Origin: Eledone cirrhosa
Lineage: Eukaryota
Length of the DNA stretch: 64,000 nucleotides
Assembly: GCA_964016885.1 (NCBI GenBank)
Contig: OZ024754.1
Location: forward strand, 31,372,001 to 31,436,000
Reading direction: 5' to 3'
Positions 1-14,600 of the stretch are shown here, piece after piece. The notes beneath the pieces were generated by a model. That model did no database searches and had not been told where the DNA came from. It saw nothing but the letters and a program-made list of their open reading frames with translations. The position numbers were made by a program, and so were the translations under genes. Position 1 is the first letter of the stretch. Each line of letters starts with the position of its first letter.

Positions 1-51
1 TTTTCTCCTCCTCACCTTCTCTCTCTCACTCACTCATTCTCTTCATTCCAG

Positions 52-144
52 AGAAGACCTGCTTCGAAGACTTACCATAATATTTGAAAGTTTATTGGGA
101 GCTGGAGCATTGCTACCTTTTATTGATGGAGAAACTTACAGCTT
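52..144 (+). CDS. PSME4: PSME4 exon ([30 protein letters not shown])
   Basis: Polypyrimidine tract plus CAG acceptor, GTAAGT donor; resembles the PA200 LTIVHNCLIGSGNLLP segment. Confidence 0.88.
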
Positions 145-3100
145 GTAAGTGTTATGTTCCTTGTTGGCATTATCTTGTTATGTGTATATATAGCATGTAT
201 TACATGCCTAAGAAAACAACAATACATTTTTTAATATGTTTATTTATGCATCGAGCACACTTTCTCTCTACTGGCTTGTAATTTTCTTAACTAATTATTC
301 TCCTCTCTATTTGATTAGTTAATATTATATCATCATCATCATCGTCCACTTTTTCCCTGCTTGCAAGGGTGGGATGGGAACTGATTTTGGCTTGATTTCT
401 ACAGCTGGATGCCCTTCCTAACACCAACCTCATTTTACAGTGAGTGCTGGGTGCTTTTTTGCTGTGGCACCTCCACGACCACTTTGCAGTGAAATGATAG
501 GGACCCCAGTCCCTATCATCTCATTTCTACAGCTGAGTAAACTGGAGCAATGTGAAATAAAGTGCCTTGCTCAAGCAAACAACACATCACCCGGTCTGAG
601 AATTGAAAAGACACTTCCGTGCGAGCGGAACACGGTCTCCCGACCATTCACACATCAAATGGGACAAAACCGTCTGACCCATGCTAGCGTGGAAGAAGGA
701 CGTTAAACGATGATGATGATAAATATATATATATAATATTTGTAAATCGAACTTTAGCTGCAGTTTCGATTTGTTTGAGGCAATCACAAAGCACTCAATG
801 GATCGAAAGTTAAAAACAAACATTAAGTCCAGAGTTAACACCGTAGTTATGAAATGTGACACCAAGATAACTGACTGAAGACACCAGCTATACATACAAC
901 AAAATTACGATAGATACAGAAAGGTTTTTCATACCTGGACCATCTCTGATTGATTAAAATCAATATAATCTCTGATAGGTTTCTGGAACCCCTGGAAGTT
1001 ATATACCGCGTTATAAATATATATCATCATCATCGCCGTTTAATGTCCTATTTTCCATGCTAGCATGGGTTAGATGAGTTATCTAGTAATGAGTCAAGTC
1101 AGATCAAGTGAACTGTTTATGGCTGGATGCCTTTCCTAATTCCACCACATTTACAGTGTGGCCTTTTATCGTGGCACCAAAAGAGCCAACTGACAGGTTG
1201 GACTGGTTGCTTTTTATTGTGCCACCAACATGACCACTTTACAGTGTGAACTGGGTGCTTTTTGTTGTCACCAACATGACCAGTTTAGAGCGTGGACTGG
1301 GTGCTTTTTTATAAATATATATATATTTTCGTTGACATACAAAGCATTTGGAAATTTGAAAATATAGTCAACACATTACAAATAACTATGATACCAATTA
1401 ACAACTATAAATAATTGTTGAATAAATTGAGTGAAGTACCAGATTTATTCAACTATTATATATAGTTATCAACTACTATTATAATTATCTGCAATGTGGC
1501 GACAGTGTTTGCAAATATTTTATATTGCAATTGGTGAACTATGACACTGTTGGTTGCAGGTTTTCAGCAAGCCAATCACTGGTTCACAACATTTGAGAAG
1601 TACATCTTTTCTGGTTTTATTCCTCATTTTAACATTGGTAAAATATTTACTGTTAAAAGAATACATCTTTCTATTTGGTTGTACAAAACCTCAATTCAAA
1701 ACGTATGGGACATTACAAATGTATGTATAATGGAGATGTGACTTATACATGAGTATATAGTGTTGAAAAAAAAGCATTTAAATAACAAGAAGAAATGGAA
1801 ATCAAGATAATTTAGTATTTTTCCTAACAACCCCATCCTAAAATGTCTCTGGTTCTATGGAACAAAATCACCCATTTTAAAAAGTTTCTATATAAATTAA
1901 TATATTACATAATTTTATATAAGAATCTTTCCTTAAGATATGTTACAAATACCATCTTAATGAAATAATTTTAGTAAAGCTGCTCCAAATTCTACGAGGG
2001 TCGGCTGAAAAATTCATAGGCTGACCAAGATACTCATGGAATGACCAAATGAGGTTTATTTTTTAACATAGTCCCTGGAAAGAAACAATACAGTTATTGA
2101 TAAGATTTGAAATTAATGCATGCAAGAGTTCACAGTTCTAACATCACTCTTTCATAGTTAGCCTATGAAATTTTCGACCAAGCCTTGAACATTGATTAAA
2201 TGAAACAGTGTATTTAATTAGATATATGGTGACTAAAGGATTAAGATCTTAGGATTTTGTTAGATGATTTGGGCAAAAATGTTTTTTGCTAGCTTGCTCG
2301 AAACCTCTAACTTAAGTACACTGATCTGTGTGTGTGTGCTTCTGTTTTCAGTGTATACTATGTATGCTGTCTGTTGAAAAGGAAAATAGTCTGCCTCCTT
2401 TCTCAGCAATTAAGCTCCTTTCTATTAACAGAGTGGAATCTCAAGTGGAATTATTGAATTTTAGCTGCTGTGCCACAATGACTGAAGGTAATTCGGCTTA
2501 CTGTTTGATTCATTTTTTTTTATTTTTTTTTTTTTTACATTTTTTATTCAATACCCTTAACCCTTTAGCATTTAATCCAGCCAGAGTTCTTTCACCTCTT
2601 TCTATTCAAACCGGCTATAACTGGCCAATCATACTGATGTTAAAGTATTGTTCTCAAAATAAATATCAAAATTTCATAGATTCAATATTATGTTAGATAA
2701 AGCCTTTACCATGAAAATACAATAATGAATATAGAGTAATGTAAATGTTAAGGGGTTAAACCTTTTGATATCAAACCACCTGAAATTGGTTATGATTTTA
2801 CGATACTGAACTCATCATCCTCATTATTGTCGTTTTAACATCCACTTTCTATGTGTTTGTTTTAAAGTGTGTGTGTGTATGTATATATATATATATCATC
2901 ATCATCATACGTCCGCTTTTTCCCTGCTTGCAAGGGTCGGACGGGAACTGATTCTGGCTTGATTTCTACAGCTGGATGCCCTTCCTAACACCAACCTCAT
3001 TTACAGTGAGTACTGGGTGCTTTTTTTCCGTGGCACCTCCACGACCACTTTGCAGTGGAATGATATGGACCCCAGTCCTTATCATCTCATTTCTACAGCT

Positions 3101-6100
3101 GAGTAAACTGGAGCAATGGGAAATAAAGTGTCTTGCTCAAGGAAACAACACATCACCCGGTCTAAGAATTGAACTCACAACCTTTTAATTACAAAGCCAA
3201 TGCTCTAACCAGTAAGCCATGTACCTCCATATATATATATATATATAACCACTAAGCCATGTGCCTCCATATATATATATATATACATATCTTTTTTTTT
3301 AACATAGAAATTCCAATTCAGATAAGTTGATCTTCTTTTATTATTTATGTATTTTCATATTAGCACCCTGAAAGGTTAATCAGGTGAAATTGTGGAACTG
3401 CTAGAGAGGAGAGAAGTAGACATCTGTTGTGTACAAGAGATGAGATGGAGAGGTGCCTCAGCAAAACTACTGATAGGCAAACAGCATAGATACAAGCTTA
3501 TAGGCAGGAAATTACGGTGGGGGTAGGAGGTGTAGGCATCTTACTAGCTGAGAAATGGATAGATAAAGTGATAGTAGTAGTTAGAGTAAGCGACAGAATT
3601 ATCAAGCTTAGATTAGCAGTAGGAAATAGAATGGTGACAATTACATTTATCTATACCCCACAGGCAGGGCTGAGTAAAGAACAAAAGTTCAGGTTTTATG
3701 AAGAACTTTTACAGACGACTTCAGGTACTGATAAAGGTAACCTCATCATCCTGGCAGACGACTTCAATGGACATGTGGGACTGTACCAGAACAGATTCAG
3801 TGGAGTTCATGGGAACTATCGTTATGGCTCAAGAAATGAAGAGAAACCAGCCAGCCACCTAATCTCTAGGTCAAGCATGACTTCTTATCTACAATGTATA
3901 ATTAAGTTCAGTTTACCAAAATATCTTTATTGTTTTTTCCAGGAATCAGCTTTAATGGCAGTTGTGTCAGGCTTGCAGTTGTTGATGCCATCCAACCATT
4001 ACTCAGTGAGTTCACTATTTTCCTCTTCTTCCTCCTCTTGAAAATGGCCATTGAGAGATAGATAAAGTAATATATCTCTCTCTCTCTCAATATTGTAACT
4101 TCATACCTAGACACACAATACACACATGCCTATATACATCCACAAAATGGCATGTACTCTCTTGCCTCCCTCTATCTTACACCACTACCGTCTACACCCC
4201 TCTCTATCTTATACGCATCACTATAATTTCTCTCCCTTCCTCCCATCCATCTTTCTAAATAACATTTACAGTGTGTACTGGGTGCTTTTTATTGTAACAC
4301 CAAAATGACCACTTTACAATGTGTACTGGGTGCTTTTTATTGTGGCGCCAAAATGACCACTTTACAGTGTGTACTGGGTACTTTTTATCGTAACACCAAA
4401 ACGACCACTTTACAATGTGTACTTGGTGCTTTTTATCGTAACACCAAAACGACCACTTTACAATGTGTACTGGGTGCTTTTTATTGTGGCGCCAAAATGA
4501 CCACTTTACAATGTGTACTGGGTGCTTTTTATTGTGGCGCCAAAATGACCACTTTACAGTGTGTACTGGGTACTTTTTATCGTAACACCAAAATGACCAC
4601 TTTACAATGTGTACTTGGTGCTTTTTATCGTAACACCAAAACGACCACTTTACAATGTGTACTGGGTGCTTTTTATCGTAACACCAAAACGACCACTTTA
4701 CAATGTGTACTGGGTGCTTTTTATTGTAACACCAAAATGACCATTTTACAATGTGTACTGGGTGCTTTTTATTGTAACACCAAAATGACCATTTTACAGT
4801 GTGTACTGGGTGCTTTTTATTGTAACACCAAAATGACCATTTTACAGTGTGTACTGGGTGCTTTTTATCGTAGCACCAAAACGACCACTTTACAATGTGT
4901 ACTGGGTGCTTTTTATTGTAACACCAAAATGACCATTTTACAGTGTGTACTGGGTGCTTTTTATCGTAACACCAAAACGACCACTTTACAATGTGTACTG
5001 GGTGCTTTTTATTGTAACACCAAAATGACCATTTTACAGTGTGTACTGGGTGCTTTTTATCGTAACACCAAAACGACCACTTTACAATGTGTACTGGGTG
5101 CTTTTTATTGTAACACCAAAATGACCATTTTACAGTGTGTACTGGGTGCTTTTTATCGTAACACCAAAACGACCACTTTACAATGTGTACTGGGTGCTTT
5201 TTATTGTAACACCAAAATGACCATTTTACAGTGTGTACTGGGTGCTTTTTATCGTAACACCAAAACGACCACTTTACAATGTGTACTGGGTGCTTTTTAT
5301 TGTAACACCAAAATGACCATTTTACAATGTGTACTGGGTACTTTTTATTGTGGCGCCAAAATGACCACTTTACAATGTGTACTGGGTGCTTTTTATTGTA
5401 ACACCAAAATGACCATTTTACAATGTGTACTGGGTACTTTTTATTGTGGCGCCAAAATGACCACTTTACAATGTGTACTGGGTGCTTTTTATTGTAACAC
5501 CAAAATGACCATTTTACAATGTGTACTGGGTACTTTTTATTGTGGCGCCAAAATGACCACTTTACAATGTGTACTGGGTGCTTTTTATTGTAACACCAAA
5601 ATGACCATTTTACAATGTGTACTGGGTACTTTTTATTGTGGCGCCAAAATGACCACTTTACAATGTGTACTGGGTACTTTTTATTGTGGCGCCAAAATGA
5701 CCACTTTACAATGTGTACTGGGTGCTTTTTATTGTAACACCAAAATGACCATTTTACAATGTGTACTTGGTACTTTTTATTGTGGCGCCAAAATGACCAC
5801 TTTACAATGTGTACTGGGTGCTTTTTATTGTAACACCAAAATGACCATTTTACAATGTGTACTGGGTACTTTTTATTGTGGCGCCAAAATGACCAGTTTA
5901 CAATGTGTACTGGGTGCTTTTTATTGTAACACCAAAATGACCATTTTACAATGTGTACTGGGTACTTTTTATTGTAACACCAAAATGACCATTTTACAAT
6001 GTGTACTGGGTACTTTTTATTGTGGCGCCAAAATGACCACTTTACAATGTGTACTGGGTACTTTTTATTGTGGCACCAAAACGACCACTTTACAATGTGT

Positions 6101-8599
6101 ACTTGGTACTTTTTATTGTGGCGCCAAAATGACCACTTTACAATGTGTACTGGGTGCTTTTTATCGTGGTACCTTAGACATGTGCATGTGTGTGTGCTCA
6201 CTCTTGAATTGAGGATAGTAGAAGCTTGTGTATACAGCTGCTTCCTAGTTATGGAGCAATGGTAAAACAAAAGAGAGAGAGAGGAAGGAATAAAATAACT
6301 AGAAACCAGATATTGACTTGTATATATTCATCATGTATATATATATATATTTCTTTCTTTCTTTCCTTCCAAACCATCTCCAGAATATCTCCTGAGCCAC
6401 AGTGAAGATGATACTAAAAGCCTCCTCAAAATTATCTCTGTAAGTACTCTAGTTCTAGTCATCACATTTCTTGTTGTATTCCTTTATATCTTCCCTTATA
6501 TATTATTTGTATGTTACTCTTTGAAAATAATGTTTTCTTATCTTAATTTTTTTTTTTTTTTTTTTATGTAACACAGTTCAAATCCAGTGCTACAATATAT
6601 ATGTGTGTGTGTATATAATATATGTGTATGTATGTAATATCATCATCATCATTTTATGTCCGCTTTTCCTTGCTTGCAAGGGTGGGGCGGGTCCTTTTCA
6701 GCACAGCATTTTTCCATTCATTACAGTCCTTCGTAATATATATATATATATTTATTATATGTACAGATTAAAGTTTAAGCAAAGAATCGCTGCTTTCACC
6801 CTTTTATGGGATATATACACACACATAGTGTATAAGTGTGTAACGTTTAGTTACTGATGGTTCACAAATTTGAGCACTCAATATGTGGATCTGGCTACTG
6901 ATGTGGGATTCTACATTTCATTTACGTTTTCACTAGTTTTGGTACATGTAACTGATAAGAAGCAGCAGGAATGAAGTATCAATATAAGATGAATATATTT
7001 TTTATTCATATGTGATGCTTGTTTCACAATCGATCAGCTCAAAGTACGATCAATAGTGATCAGACCCGACTCTGGAATTGGTATATTATCAGAGTTGTGA
7101 ATTCTCTTTGGTCTTTCCATTGTTGATACTATCTGTCAGTTGCAACTCTTGGCAGAAGAAAGGAGCTGATCATCAGATCAGACCAAAGAACTATGTTTCC
7201 ATTGGGTTTTCCATTACTGATACTGTCAGTTGCAACTTCTGTCAGAAAAAAGGAACTGATCATCAGATCAGACCAAAGAACTATGTTTCCATTAATTGTT
7301 CCATTACTGATACTATCTGCCAGTTGCAACACTTGTAGACTGAAGATATGGTAAGAAACATAAATGAATAGCACTCACTGTAAATGAGGTTGGTGTTAGG
7401 AAGGGCATCCAGCTGTAGAAATCAAGCCAAATCAGTTCCTGTATGAGCAAGGCATGGTCAGCTGACCAGACACTGCCCACAACAGGACAACCCGTCTAAC
7501 CCATGCTAGCGTGGAAGAACGGACGTAAAACGGTGATGATGATGATGATGAAATATTGCTTTGAAAGTCATGAAACCTATTACAACATGAAAGAAAAAAA
7601 TGTTAAAATTTCATCTGTTCAATGTCAACAAAATCAGTATATATAGGGATATAGAGGAAAACTTGACCCCAGTACATGATTGATACTTTTTTATTGACTT
7701 CGTAAGAATGAAAGGCAAAGTTGTTCTCAGCTCAATATGAACCCAGAGAATGCAGAGAGCTGAAACAAATACCACAAAGATTTCTATCCAGCGTACTAAT
7801 AACTCTTACCAACTCGCCAACTGTTTATTAACATTACCTGTCCCTTTTTAAATGTTATTATTGTATCTAAATAAGAAACCAGTATTAATATTGTCTGCCT
7901 TTATTTTTTAGATCTATGATTGTTTGATCTTTTATCATGGTACTGTGAAGAAAGATTTTGATTTACGCTGGAAGAATTTACATTCAGTGAAAGAAGCTCT
8001 ATCAATGAAGGTATGTCTTATGTAATCCTTTTTTCTATAACTGTTAACACTTTATTGGTAGACTAGACACTTCTCTTCTGTTAAGTTTTTGCAATAAGAG
8101 AGGGCCTGTAAGGTCTATAGGTACCAGGCACTGCACACAATTCTTTTATGGTTTAGTGAGAAGAGAAAGTGCTGCAACCAAGATTCTGGTCTTTTCAGAA
8201 TTTGTGAGATGATATATCAAGCATATATTAAGTAATAGCATTTGTTGGAATGAATTCCATTCAGTGTGGACCACAGGAAGGCTGCCATTTCCCTCTATGT
8301 GAGATGATGAAAGGAGATGGGTCTCCAACTAGAAACCTGTCCTGAATGTTTATAATAGAGTCAATGGCTATCCACCCCAACTATGGGTTAAATAGCCTCA
8401 CCAACCCACAATTGGCCAAGCGGAGTGAGTACTGTTACACCTGACATGACCACAACCAAACAGAAAGTGGTGGTGGTCTACCAGGGAGGGGTTCCACCGG
8501 TAGGAGTGAGAAGGCTCCAGATTGGATTAATAAAGGCATCCAACAACCAGGTGGTGGTGTTAAACTTCAGTTTTATAAACAGAATTTAAAAAATCTACT

Positions 8600-8633
<34 letters not shown>

Positions 8634-11600
8634 ATCATCATCATCATCATTGTTTAGCATCCATCTTCCATGCTAGCATGCAGGTTTTCTATGGCTGGAT
8701 GCCCCTCCTAACACCAACCACCTTTACAGTGTGGACTGGGATCCTTTTTACCGTGTCTCCTACATGACCACTCTACAGTGTAGGCTGGGTGCTTTTTGTT
8801 GTGTCACCTACACAACCACTTTACACGGGACGGAAGTGGGAGTGGGGTGGGGTGTATATTGGGTTAAGAGGTACCTACTGACTAGGTTTAAGTTTGTATA
8901 ACTACAGAGCACCAAAGATCTCGATCCAGTGTCATTGTCTTAGAGAGGAGTATATATATATATATATATATATAATAAACATAGGAAAATTAACAAAGAG
9001 AAGACAGGACAATGAACAAAAACGAGGCAAAACAAAAGTCACAAGTTGTAATGTGATAGTATATGATTTAATATCTTCTTTTCTTTCTAGCTCGCAGGCT
9101 ATAAATCTCATGTGAGAGCACTGTTGATTGATCGAGTACTTTTACAACATGAGGTTTGTATTTTACTACTTCAATATTTATTGTTTATTTAATAATATCT
9201 ATGAAGAAATATCATTGTTTGGGGCCTTAATGGAACCATATCATCCATACTACTTCTTTACTATTATAATGTGAAACAGTGTTGTTGTTTTTGTTTAGAA
9301 TCCCACAGAATGAAGCATGACCTACCAGGCTAGTGCCATATCCACTTAGCTAAATGTGAATAAAATATATTTATCTAATGATCCATACTTGTCCATAAAG
9401 CCTTGTTGTCAACTTGTAAAGAAAATCATTCACTAAATTCAAGATTTTGTTTTCCAAGAAATTAATGTTAAGTTATGCAAAGAGCAGCTGAAGACATTTT
9501 TCAGTTTTCTTTAACTCTTAAGATTGTGTCCCACATGAAAACACATTAGCAATATATTCTCGAAAAGTACAAAACAACATTGAGACAGCATTGCATTAAA
9601 AATTAGTCTTTTCTCTCATACCACAATTTTTTTTACAACAATCCATCTATTCACTAGTAAAGAAACTATAACCAGTTCAATTAACAAACCCATTTTAACA
9701 TATTTTCTACTAAATTATTTCTGGGTATTAAGAGTTATTAGCTGTTGTGATTTCCTGCATATATTTAACAGGCATTCTATAGTTTAATTGTTAGCACAGT
9801 CTCTCAGCAATAACCTAATGTTGACAGGAGTTCTGTAGTATAGTTGTTGATAGTGTGTCTCAGTAACCAATAGATGTGTAGTTTCAAGTCATATCAGCAG
9901 AGCTGTCTATCTTGTCCCTCTCTCTCACATTATAATTCATAACCGCCGAGGTTAACTTTGCCTTTCATCCTTACAGAGTCGATAAAATAAAGTACCGGTA
10001 ATGCACTGGGTAATTGCTGGCCTTGTGCCTAAAGTAGAAACAATTATAATTCATAACAACATTATTTGTGGTTCAACTAAACCTTTGATGTTTAATATCA
10101 ATTCATTACAACACTATTTGAGGTTCAACTAAACCTTTGATGTTTAATATCAATTCATTACAACACTATTTGAGGTTCAACTAAACCTTTGATGTTTAAT
10201 ATCAATTCATTACAACACTATTTGAGGTTCAACTAAACCTTTGATGTTTAATATCAATTCATTACAACACTATTTGAGGTTCAACTAAACCTTTGATGTT
10301 TAATATCAATTCATTACAACACTATTTGAGGTTCAACTAAACCTTTGATGATTAATATCAATTCATTACAACACTATTTGAGGTTCAGCTAAACCTTTGA
10401 TTAATATCAATTCATTACAACACTATTTGAGGTTCAATTAAACCTTTGATGTTTAATATCAATTCATTACAACACTATTTGAGGTTCAGCTAAACCTTTG
10501 ATTAATATCAATTCATTACAACACTATTTGAGGTTCAATTAAACCTTTGATGTTTAATATCAATTCATTACAACACTATTTGAGGTTCAGCTAAACCTTT
10601 GATTAATATCAATTCATTACAACACTATTTGAGGTTCAATTAAACCTTTGATGTTTAATATCAATTCATTACAACACTATTTGAGGTTCAACTAAACCTT
10701 TGATGTTTAATATCAATTCATTACAACACTATTTGAGGTTCAACTAAACCTTTGCTGTTTAATATAAAGGTTCAACTATGTCGTTTTTCAGTTACGTATG
10801 TTGTTGAGTGTAAAGAAGAAATTTACAGTCACCCACAAATCTCTATTGGAAGATCTTCTGTCTCTCTCTACAAGCAGATATAGTGAGGTTAGTATTGCTT
10901 AATACCTTATTTTATAACTATACTGTAACTATTCTACAAACCAGAGAGCCTGGTTACTTGATCTGCTAAAAAAAGGCTACCGAATCTCCCTCAAACACCA
11001 TATTGCCATTATAAAAAGAAAAAGACACATTGGATAATGTAGTCAGGGTACACCAGATATGGAAAAAATGACCGGGTGGTCATCATCACCGTTTAATGTC
11101 CATTTTTCCACACTAGCATGGTTTAGACAAGCTGTTCCATTGTGAGATGTGCCAGATCAGATGACTGTGTCTTGCTCGTGCACAACTGATACTGGCTTGG
11201 TTTTTATGGCTGGATGCCCTTCCCTTCGCCAACCACATTTACAGTGTAGAGTGGGTCAAGAAAAATTTACATGGAATTAAACAGGTTTTCATGGCTGTTG
11301 TATGTTAATAACCTCTCACCAAATTTTCTCTTTCAATGCCAAGGTACGGAAAAAGAGCCAATCGTTGTTGTTCCACATGTTCCTGAATTTCCACTACAGT
11401 TACAACTTACTGCTGCCTGAAATTGTGAATAATCTCACCAATGCAGATCTTCCTGAACACAAACTAAAGGTCAGTCTTCTACATGATAATGTTAAATATT
11501 TCTCAAATGTTAATTCTTCTTCCCCCTCCTTATTTATCTAATATTTCTATTGTTGCTGTCTATATTAACTAGACTCATTTCTCTTTTCTTTTTTGTCTTT

Positions 11601-14600
11601 TTCATACACATCCCTCTCATTCTTCCCCCCGCCTTCCCCTCTAGCAGTAATCCCAAATAAAAACTGGCCCTCAGTGTAACAAATCAGTCCAGCCCATGCC
11701 AAAATGGAAAACATAAAAAATAATGTGATGCCTTATCACTCCTCCCTAACCACATTTTGTCTCTCATGCAACTCTACTTTCTCTCTTTCTTCTTCTCATT
11801 TCTCTCTCCATACACTTCCAAATATTTAAATCAGTAAACTCAATACTGTAATTATCATCCATTGATATCTCCACTGTTTCTGCCAAACTCTATTTATGTT
11901 ATTTCTCTTGTAACCCCAACAGAGCTCCCTTCACACATTGATATCTCCACTGTTTCTGCCAAACTCTGTTATTTCTCTTGTAACCCCAACAGAGCTCCCT
12001 TCACATCATCCATTGATATCTCCACTGTTTCTGCTAAACTCTATTTATGTTATTTCTCTTGTAACCCCAACAGAGCTCCCTTCACATCATTCATGGAAAT
12101 GTCTCCAAGGCGTTGGTAGTCAAACGTGAGTGGAATGTCTTGAATGCTTTATGGCCAGCCGTAATCAAGTCACAGCATTCATCAGAATTGTCAGTTCTCC
12201 GACTGATTGATGACATCACTTCACGTGTTTCCAAGAGTTTTGAGACACCTGCAATTAAAATAGAGGTAAGTACATACATGTGATATATATATATTGTATT
12301 CTAAGTGTAGTGAACTTACCAACTTAAGGGTCCTCCCAATTTAGATTTTAATCAATGATTTTAATCAATGGATGTTTAATAGTAATATACGTGAACGGCA
12401 AAGCATAAATGAATTAAGGGAGAAATTAGGTATAAGAGGGATCAGATGTTGTTTACTCGAGAGAAGACTATGTTGGTACGGTCACGTGATGCGGATGGAA
12501 GACGACAGCTCTATAAAAAAGTGAAGGGCGATAAAAATAGACGGTAGCTACGGAGTAGGCAGACCCAGAAAAACCTGGGACGACTTGATAAATTCTGACC
12601 TCACACACTTACACCTCTCCAAGACAATGTCACTGGACCGAGATCTTTGGCGCTACACAGTAATACAGAAGACCCGCTTTGCCTAAGTACAAAGTGAAAC
12701 ATACAGTCAGTAGGCACCTCTTAACAAAAATACACCCCGTCCCACTACCCCCACCCCATCCACACCACCCCTCTCGATGTAAAGTTATGTTGGTACCACA
12801 ACATCCAGTCCGAAATAAATGAGGTCGTGTAGGTGTCACGACAAAAAAAACACACAGTCCACGCTGTAATGTGGCCGTGTAGGTAACACGGTAAAAACCT
12901 CCCAGTCCACACTGTAAACGCGTTTGGTGTTAGGAAGGGCAGACAGTGCTATACGAGCAAGACAACCAATCTTGCCTCAAGTGGGAAAATTCCCGTCCAA
13001 ACCCATGCTAGCGTGGAAGATGGACGTTAAACGATGATGACGATGGGGATTAATTGCCTGTGTCATACAAAATAAACCTAATGAAATATAAATCAAATTT
13101 CAAATATATATTTATGTATCATATGTATCCTAGTTTCTAGAATAAGTACACAGTACCCCTGGATGTCATATGATGCAATTGAAAGGGTGAGCATCAGGAA
13201 GGACATCTATCCATCCATATAAACGCTGCCTCAAAAAGTCCAGTTCAACTCATGCCAGTATGGAAAACTTGGTGTAAAAACAACAACGATGATGATAATG
13301 ATACCAGATTTTATCCATTTTTGAGACTTCATTTGTGATAGTGCATTTGTAAAGTTTCCTTCTTGTATTTTTTTTTCCTTTCAGACATCTGCTAATTGTA
13401 TTGCAGCAGCTCGAGAGTTAATCCAAACTTCAGGTGAATGTAAAGCCCTCTTTGAGCCAGCCACACCTGAGGAACTAGAAATGGGACAGTTGAAAGAAGC
13501 TGAAAGAAATAAGGAGTTTACAGAGTAAGAGAAGAACTTTCATTACCATGTCTCTGTAAAATTACTTCTACAGTGGGTACCTTGTGGTAGTGAGTACCTT
13601 GTGAAAGTGGGTACCTAGTGATAGTGGGTACCTTCTGATATTTGGTAGCTCATTATAGTGGGTACGTCATGCTGTTACGTACCTTCTGATATTTGGTACT
13701 TCATTATGGAGAGTACCTCGTGATAATGAGTACCTTATGATAGAGGGTACGTCATACTGTTGAGTACCTTCTAATATTTGGTAGCTCATTATAGAGGGTA
13801 CCTCATGCTGTTACGTACCTTCTGATATTTGGTAGCTCATGAGAGTGGGTACCTCATCATTATTATAGTCATTTGTGTTGTGACAACACCATTTTAAATA
13901 TTTATATTTTCCCTCTTTTGCAGAATATATATATAATTTCCTTTGTTTGACAATGTATATATGTATATATATATGTGTGTGTTTCTTGTCTTTCAGAATG
14001 TATATATCCCTAAGTGAGAAGCTTGTGACATTAGTTGAAACTGGTGACCTGTAAGTTGCTATCGTTTATAACTATATATAGTTACAATTATACACAGAGT
14101 TTATATATAGTTACATAGTAATAGTTAGTTACACATTGAGGCCTGAAATAATTCATGGCTGTTATATTGTCAGCAATATTACACAAATAAATTCATAAAT
14201 ACCATATGACAATGTTAATAACAATAAGTGTTTCAACTTTCGGCACAACACCAGCAATTTGAAGGTAAGGGGGAAAGTCAATTAAATCGACCGCAGTGCA
14301 TTACTGGTACTTTGTTTTATTGATCTCTTCCCCTAAGGATGGAAAGCAAAGCTAACCTCAACATTACTCTATATATACTTTTATATTTTCATGGTAAAGG
14401 CTTAACCTTACATAATTATCTCATAACGTTTACATTACTCTCCCGCCGAGGTTAACTTTGCCTTTCATCCTTACGGGGTCGATAAAATAAAGTACCAGTA
14501 ATGCACTGGGTAATTGCTGGCCTTGTGCCTAAAGTAGAAACAATTATATTTTCATGGTAAAGGCTTTACCTTACATAATTATCTCACATAACATTTACAT

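Noticed and set aside
4255-6270. 671-aa and 635-aa ORFs on opposite strands
   Set aside because: They are translations of a 48-bp intronic minisatellite; a unit length divisible by 3 explains the open frames.
7125-7325. 90-bp tandem duplication with ORFs on both strands
   Set aside because: Intronic local duplication; not needed for the PSME4 frame and has no recognisable motif.
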